Below are positions 58,001-64,000 of a DNA stretch of 64,000 bases, in pieces. The translations under genes were made by a program, and so were the position numbers. A model generated the notes under the pieces. The model had not been told where the DNA came from, searched no databases, and saw only the letters and a list, made by a program, of their open reading frames with translations. Every line of letters starts with the position of its first letter. The first letter of the stretch is position 1. Source of the stretch: Antedon mediterranea (lineage: Eukaryota; Animalia; Echinodermata); assembly GCF_964355755.1 (NCBI RefSeq), contig NC_092670.1, forward strand, positions 28,136,388 to 28,200,387. Reading direction: 5' to 3'.

Positions 58001-60838
58001 GATTTTAAGCACTTTGGTGTTTTTATGTTAACAAGTTTTTTCGAAAATCACAAAATGGTCTAAAACGTCTCCAAATGTGATTTGAAGCTATTCTAAACAA
58101 TTTGGTGTTTTTATGTTAACAAGTTTTTTCGAAAATCACAAATTGGTCTAAAACGTCTCCAAATGCGATTTGAAGCTATTTTAAGCACTTTGGTGTTTTT
58201 GTGTAACCAAGTTTTTTCGAAAATCACAAAAGGGTCAAAAACGTTTTTAAATACGATATTAAGCTATTTTGTGCTCTTTGATGTTTTTGTGTGAAAAGTT
58301 TTATCGAAATGCTCAAAATGGTCTAAAACGGTTTCTAATGTGATTTTAAGCACTTTGATGTTTTTATGTTAACAACTTTTTTAGAAAATCACAAAAGGTC
58401 TAAAACGTCTCCAAATGCGATTTGAAGCAATTCTAAGCACTTTGGTGTTTTTATGGTAACGAGTTTTTTTGAATATCACAAAATGGTCTAAAATGTCTCC
58501 AAATGCGATTTGAAGCTTTTCTAAGCACTTTGGTGTTTTTATGTTAACAAGTTTTTTCGAAAATCACAAAATGGTCTAAAACGTCTCCAAATGCGATTTG
58601 AAGCTATTCTGTACACTTTGCTGTTTTGTGTGAATAATTTTTGTCGAAATGCTCAAAATGGTCAAAAACGTTTTTAAATACGATATTAAGCTATTTTGTG
58701 CTCTTTGATGTTTTTGTGTGAAAAGTTTTATCGAAATGCTCAAAATGGTCTAAAACGGTTTCTAATGTGATTTTAAGCACTTTGATGTTTTTATGTTAAC
58801 AACTTTTTTAGAAAATCACAAAATGGTCTAAAACGTCTCCAAATGCGATTTGAAGCAATTCTAAGCACTTTGGTGTTTTTATGGTAACGAGTTTTTTTGA
58901 ATATCACAAAATGGTCTAAAATGTCTCCAAATGCGATTTGAAGCTTTTCTAAGCACTTTGGTGTTTTTATGGTAACGAGTTATTTCGAAAATCACAAAAT
59001 GGTCTAAAACGTCTCCAAATGCGATTTGAAGCTATTCTGTACACTTTGCTGTTTTGTGTGAATAATTTTTGTCAAAATGCTCAAAATGGTCAAAAACGTT
59101 TTTAAATACTATATTAAGCTATTTTGTGCTCTTTGATGTTTTTGTGTGAAAAGTTTTATCGAAATGCTCAAAATGGTCTAAAACGGTTTCTAATGTGATT
59201 TTAAGCACTTTGATATTTTTATGTTAACAACTTTTTTAGAAAATTACAAAATGGTGTAAAACGTCTCCAAATGCGATTTGAAGCTATTCTAAGCACTTTG
59301 GTGTTTTTATGGTAACGAGTTTTTTTGAATATCACAAAATGGTCTAAAATGTCTCCAAATTCGATTTGAAGCTTTTCTAAGCACTTTGGTGTTTTTATGT
59401 TAACAAGTTTTTTCGAAAATCACAAAATGGTCTAAAACGTCTCCCACAGCTGTTCCAAAAATATGAATTAAGTGCAGCGCCCCCAACGTTTCATAGCGTT
59501 TTATGGAGTAGCGATTCCGAAAACATATTGTATACAAACCACACGAGGAACCCGGAAGCAATCAAGCATAAAACGACTGTTTTTTAATAGCCAATAAAAA
59601 CAAATAAAGACCGCGAAAGTCAGAAAAATAATGAATATTCATTAGAACAACCCTGGATGAAGGTGAAAAACATGTTGTCGTCGTTTTATCACGTGGATTT
59701 TAAGAGGTAATGCAATTGAAATTTGTACACCCAACGCCAGTTTTTTTCTCAAGTGATACATTTAAAAAGTAGGTATAAATGTTGTTTTCCATATCAGTTT
59801 AAAAATAATTTTTTCTGTTGAATTCTTTGATTTAGTTGGATAGTTTAGTTATCCTTGAATGTTTTAACAAGGATCGTATTCATATTGCCTGGCCGGATTT
59901 TTTCCTATGCTAGCTTATAATAGGCTATGCCCAGGCCCCATTGCGTGGTTAAAACCAGCTGTGTAAGACTAAGACTAATGGCTGTTTATTATTAACACGT
60001 AAACATGTATATTCGGTGGGCCTGATTAATTACTTGTTCCTGGTCCTAATTAAAAATTAGGCCTAGGCCTAAGCTTTTTTAATAATCATTCATATTGGGA
60101 GAGGAGTACAGAGTAGGCCAGGCTACAGGCCTAGCTAGGCCTATATATAGGCTAGGCTACATCATCAGCAGGTTAAAGGCTGGAAGCCTACCTAGCATGT
60201 CTTAGTCAAAGATCTGTAATATATTAATAGAAAGAAGCTATAGAGTACTGTGACATTAGATATTTAATCATAAATGCATATTTCTTTCATATTTGTATTG
60301 TATATTTATTATTTTGATATGCAATCACAATCTAAATCAGTAAATAACATCAATTTCCGTTATCAATAAATAATTATTAATATATAAACCAAATTAAAAT
60401 AAAATAACTGTTTATTTTTAACACGTAAACATGTCTATTCGGGGGCCTGAGTGACAGTTGACCTGTTATAAAACTGATCAATTACTTGTTCCTGGTCCTA
60501 ATTAAAAATTAGGCCTAGCCTAGGCCTAAGCTTTTTTAATAATCATTCATATTGGGAGAGAGGAGTACAGAGTAGGCCAGGTTACAGGCCTAGCTAGGCC
60601 TATACTATATATAGGCTAGGCTACATCATTAGCAGGTTAAAGGCTAGCAGCCTACCTAGCATGTCTTAGTCAAAGATCTGTAATATATTAATAGAAAGAA
60701 GCTATAGAGTACTGTGACATTAGATATTTAATCATAAATGCATATTTCTTTCATATTTGTATTGTATATTTATTATTTTGATATGCAATCACAATCTAAA
60801 TCAGTAAATAACATCAATTTCCGTTATCAATAAATAAT

Positions 60839-60986
60839 CGCTGTGGCTAAAGATACGGTACCGTATTCTAACTTCTGTTTACTAAAGATACGGTAAAATT
60901 GCATTACGTCATAACCAGCCAATGGGGTGCTGGTACTTGTGTGACGTCATCGTATAAGGACTTTGTGGATTTTTTTTCATATCGCG
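60839..60986 (+). repeat. Left TIR of the MITE
   Basis: CGCTGTGGCTAAAGATACGGTACCGTATTCTAACTTCTGTTTACTAAAG...TTCATATCGCG, the reverse complement of 61482-61629. Confidence 0.95.
60904..60958 (+). promoter_or_regulatory. Putative inward-facing promoter module in the TIR (CRE-like, CCAAT, CRE, TATA-like), mirrored in the right TIR
   Basis: TTACGTCA at 60904-60911, AGCCAAT at 60917-60923, perfect CRE TGACGTCA at 60942-60949, TATAAG at 60953-60958. Motif match only, with no expression evidence. Confidence 0.4.
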
Positions 60987-61481
60987 AAAACAGTGTAGTG
61001 ATCAACCGCATTTTCTTTATGCTTTATTTATCGCTATTATCGCCGTCGTGTGTGACAAAAACTAAATGTAGCCTACGTCTGTTATTATTATTGAAAAGCC
61101 ATGTTGATTTTAATTCTAAAATACAGAAAACCGTTTTAAAAGAGGCCCAGGCCTACTTACTACGTACTATGGTATAACCTCATTATATGAGTTTGTTTGT
61201 GTAGGGAAAGCGGATGCCAGGCTGCATGGCCAGCTAGCTGCATATGTGTGCGCTGATTTCTGTGACTCGTCAGCCCTGGGGCTACACTGCTGTCTAAATC
61301 ATAGTATTTAAGGGCCCCTTTATTGTCCGAATTTGCTTGTTGTTTATGGTCACCATTGTAAACAAAGTTTTTAAAAAATAGAGGCCTAAATAGGCCATTT
61401 GGAATCAAAATAAAACCCTCATCTGCAGGGCACACACATCCACGCAGCCTGGCGCCGCCGATAGGAATTCTCTACAACAGA

Positions 61482-61629
61482 CGCGATATGAACAAAAAAT
61501 CCCCAAGTCCTTATACGATGACGTCACACACGTACCAGCACCCCATTGGCTGATTATGACGTAATCCAATTTTACCGTACCTTTAGTAAACAGAAGTTAG
61601 AATACGGTACCGTATCTTTAGCCACGGCG
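61482..61629 (-). repeat. Right TIR of the MITE
   Basis: CGCGATATGAAC...CTTTAGTAAACAGAAGTTAGAATACGGTACCGTATCTTTAGCCACGGCG. Confidence 0.95.
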
Positions 61630-62746
61630 ATAAATAATTATTAATATATAAACCAAATTAAAATAAAATAACTGTTTATTTTTAACACGTAAACATGTCT
61701 ATTCGGGGGCCTGAGTGACAGTTGACCTGTTATAAAACTGATTAATTACTTGTTCCTGGTCCTAATTAAAAATTAGGCCTAGCCTAGGCCTAAGCTTTTT
61801 TAATAATCATTCATATTGGGAGAGAGGAGTACAGAGTAGGCCAGGTTACAGGCCTAGCTAGGCCTATACTATATATAGGCTAGGCTACATCATTAGCAGG
61901 TTAAAGGCTAGCAGCCTACCTAGCATGTCTTAGTCAAAGATCTGTAATATATTAATAGAAAGAAGCTATAGAGTACTGTGACATTAGATATTTAATCATA
62001 AATGCATATTTCTTTCATATTTGTATTGTATATTTATTATTTTGATATGCAATCACAATCTAAATCAGTAAATAACATCAATTTCCGTTATCAATAAATA
62101 ATTATTAATATATAAACCAAATTAAAATAAAATAACTGTTTATTTTTAACACGTAAACATGTCTATTCGGGGGCCTGAGTGACAGTTGACCTGTTATAAA
62201 ACTGATTAATTACTTGTTCCTGGTCCTAATTAAAAATTAGGCCTAGCCTAGGCCTAAGCTTTTTTAATAATCATTCATATTGGGAGAGAGGAGTACAGAG
62301 TAGGCCAGGTTACAGGCCTAGCTAGGCCTATACTATATATAGGCTAGGCTACATCATTAGCAGGTTAAAGGCTAGCAGCCTACCTAGCATGTCTTAGTCA
62401 AAGATCTGTAATATATTAATAGAAAGAAGCTATAGAGTACTGTGACATTAGATATTTAATTATAAATGCATATTTCTTTCATATTTGTATTGTATTATAT
62501 ATGCAATCACAGTCTAAGTCAGTAAATAACATCAATTTCCGTTATCAATCAATAATATATATAAACCAAATTAAAATAAAATAACTTCCTAAAAATTAAA
62601 TTCAATTACAATTGAATTCATATACCATTTGTTAAATATTTACAAAATGATTGTTCTAGCAATAACACAAAAAAATACTACCATTCATACAGTATACTGT
62701 ACATAATAATATGCAATACTGTAACAATTAACTGAGAAATAGCAAA

Positions 62747-63971
62747 CTATTCCTCAACTTTTCTGCACTTAGTTACCGGCCTAGTTACTTCATGCTGGAT
62801 CTCAGGTGAAATAAACGTCAGATGTGACTTCATGATTTCCCACAAAACTCTTTCCATGGTACTGCTGTCGAGGAATTTATTTTTTCTAAATACCTCGTCC
62901 ATTTTTGTACATAGAGGTCCAGTTTCAAATCTCTTGGTTCATACTGTAGTAGTTCGCTATATAAAATATATAAAAGAATTATGGCATTAATTTTTATAGT
63001 ATTGCATGTTTTAGACATAATTTTAAAGGTGTATAATGTAGGACTGACCAAGTCTTTGACCTCTTGTTCTTTTAGATTTATTCTGTGGCCAGTCTCTGCA
63101 ATCTTACTATGCTGTTTTGTCACAAGTGATACTGAGAGTTCATTTCTTAAATGCTCAAGATTCTCTTCTAAAGACTGGATTTTAATCATTGTACTTTGTA
63201 GCATGTCGATATGCTGCAGCTTCTGATTTTCTCTTTCTGCTAGATGATCACCTGAGATTAAACAATATTGGTCAACCAAATAAATGTCAATCTGCATAAA
63301 AAATGAGCATCAACATTATTATATTTTAAAAATGTTAACTATTTCTTGTAGCAGATAATGATAATATATGGATAATTCATAGGAAAATAAGTTCCAGCCA
63401 AAGGTTTGCTTTATTATGCATAAAAATAGGATAAACAATTTTGAAATTCTATGCTCAAATGGACAATGTATATTTAAAGAGCAACTTGACCAATTGAGTT
63501 ATTATGTAATGTCAATGTAAAGTTGAAACAACATTTGAATTTACCAGTCAAGATGTCAGCATCCTGTCGCATGTTGAATATTATAACATATTGACACCTG
63601 GAAAAATAGTTGATTGAGGAAATATTTAATAAAGAAAAGAGGTATATTTATAAATTACTGTAACAATTGTTTGTTTTGACAGTTATTTTATACTAACATT
63701 GTTCTTTAATATGAAGTACAAACACACATTTCATTATTTGGAGTGTGTATTAAACTTTCTAAAGAGGTGGTTATGATTATTTACCTACCCTGTTTAATTC
63801 AACGTCTACCATGTATGGCCTAACAACGCTGTGCGATATTGTTTTGCTTCTTTTTTATCACTGCCATGGTCTACAAAGACTTGTAGGCCTTGAGATATCT
63901 ACAGGCTTGAGGAACATTGTTGGTTCTAATGTCATCTTGATTACAAAAACAATAGATACAACAGTACTTTC
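62747..63971 (-). pseudogene. Decayed intron-containing DDE transposase, C-terminal half (Chapaev-type, Transib/RAG1-related)
   Basis: Manual translation with GT-AG exons 63971-63789, 63597-63545, 63251-63049 and 62956-62747 gives GKYCCIYCFCNQDDIRTNNVPQACR..AYKS/FVDHGSDKKEAKQY/HSVVRPYMVDVELNR|VSI..FNMRQDADILT|GDHLAERENQKLQHID...EQEVKDL|RTTTV*TKRFETGPLCTKMDEVFRKNK/IPRQQYHGKSFVGNH/MKSHLTFISPEIQHEVTRPVTKCRKVEE*. There are several frameshifts (/) and one in-frame stop. The CxxC, AKxYHxV and RQxYHGxSFVGNH motifs fall in the order I recall for this family. Confidence 0.75.
63049..63251 (-). pseudogene. Best-preserved exon of the transposase relic (coiled-coil-like segment)
   Basis: Acceptor AATCTCAG|G at 63252/63251 and donor TTG|GTCAGT at 63049/63048 bound a 203-bp open exon (DHLAERENQKLQ...KEQEVKDL). 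This accounts for the central part of supplied ORF 62830-63297, whose flanks are intron read-through or the wrong frame. Confidence 0.7.
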
Positions 63972-64000
63972 CTTTAAAAATAAATCAATTTTTAAATCTA

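Larger units (their letters stand above)
1..59444 (+). repeat. Satellite DNA array, 88-bp main monomer (centromeric/pericentromeric-type), continuing beyond the left edge
   Basis: Consensus monomer at 1121-1208: GTTTTTATGTTAACAAGTTTTTTCGAAAATCACAAAATGGTCTAAAACGTCTCCAAATGCGATTTGAAGCTATTCTAAGCACTTTGGT (88 bp). It repeats head-to-tail in one orientation, with no inversion or foreign insertion seen, until ...AAAACGTCTCC at 59444. Centromeric location is inference only. Confidence 0.98.
60839..61629. mobile_element. 791-bp non-autonomous TIR element (MITE), Mutator/MULE-like, with 9-bp TSD ATAAATAAT
   Basis: 148-bp terminal inverted repeats (60839-60986 and 61482-61629) differ at about 8-9 positions. 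ATAAATAAT is duplicated at 60830-60838 and 61630-61638. Sister copies of the 464-bp unit show the empty site with one ATAAATAAT. The superfamily call comes from long TIRs plus a 9-bp TSD only. Confidence 0.93.
59982..62586 (+). repeat. Tandem array of four copies of a 464-bp unit
   Basis: Units start CTGTTTATT..AACACGTAAACATGT at 59982, 60408, 61672 and 62136. Copy 3 is 464 bp. Copy 1 is 426 bp because of internal deletions. Copy 2 is 464 bp plus an 800-bp insertion. Copy 4 is diverged at its 3' end. Confidence 0.96.
59445..64000 (-). mobile_element. Defective Chapaev-like DNA transposon, 3' portion; extends beyond the right edge
   Basis: Begins CACAGCTGTTCCAAAAATATG exactly where the satellite is cut, and Chapaev/Transib termini are CAC...GTG. 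A decayed transposase at 62747-63971 (-) points toward this end. The partner TIR and TSD are outside the window, so linking terminus to transposase is inference. Confidence 0.62.

Noticed and set aside
1-59444. CRISPR array or other repeat-spacer system
   Set aside because: There are no unique spacers because the whole monomer is repeated. No cas genes are present and the context is eukaryotic.
59445-59475. V(D)J RSS (CACAGCT plus CCAAAAATA)
   Set aside because: The heptamer-like and nonamer-like parts are only 3 bp apart, not 12 or 23. It is kept only as a CAC transposon terminus.
59445-59963. 519-bp MITE bounded by CACAGCTG...CAGCTGTG
   Set aside because: The inverted match is only 8 bp, six of which are the self-palindrome CAGCTG. 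There is no TSD (CTCC versus TAAG) and the satellite does not resume.
60140-60175. Retrozyme-like hammerhead in the 464-bp unit (CTGATGA on the minus strand)
   Set aside because: Present only in copy 1 (others read CTAATGA), with no downstream stem II-GAAA.
61199-61287. Hammerhead ribozyme on the minus strand (CTGACGA...GAAA)
   Set aside because: GTCACA between the motifs cannot form stem II with a closing pair, and I found no compatible stem I/III and cleavage triplet. An Infernal scan would settle it.
60899-61435. ORFs 60899-61177 (+) and 61160-61435 (-)
   Set aside because: Short, with non-ATG starts, inside a MITE (one begins within the TIR), and with no recognisable motif.
62830-63297. 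155-aa ORF as an intact gene, and antisense ORF 62981-63226
   Set aside because: Only 63049-63251 looks exonic. The rest is intron read-through or off-frame relative to the GPL and YHGKSFVGNH motifs. The plus-strand ORF is its shadow.

Overview
Eukaryotic (animal-like), AT-rich heterochromatic DNA with no intact gene. Bases 1-59444 are one uninterrupted head-to-tail satellite array of roughly 680-690 monomers. The main monomer is 88 bp, with a recurring diverged 87+77 bp dimer and nested duplications of 0.94-16.6 kb. The array stops abruptly mid-monomer at 59444, and the next bases are 5'-CACAGCTG. On the minus strand, 62747-63971 reads as a decayed, intron-containing DDE transposase. I recognise its motifs (GKYCCIYC, KEAKQY-HSVVRP, GPL...RQQYHGKSFVGNH) from memory as Chapaev-type, a group related to Transib/RAG1. 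I therefore interpret 59445-64000+ as the 3' end of a defective Chapaev-like transposon abutting or inserted into the satellite. Inside it lie four copies of a 464-bp palindrome-rich tandem repeat. Copy 2 carries a 791-bp MITE with 148-bp TIRs and a 9-bp TSD (Mutator-like), with the empty site preserved in sister copies. All supplied ORFs within the satellite are artefacts. Family assignments rest on motif recognition and have not been checked against a database.
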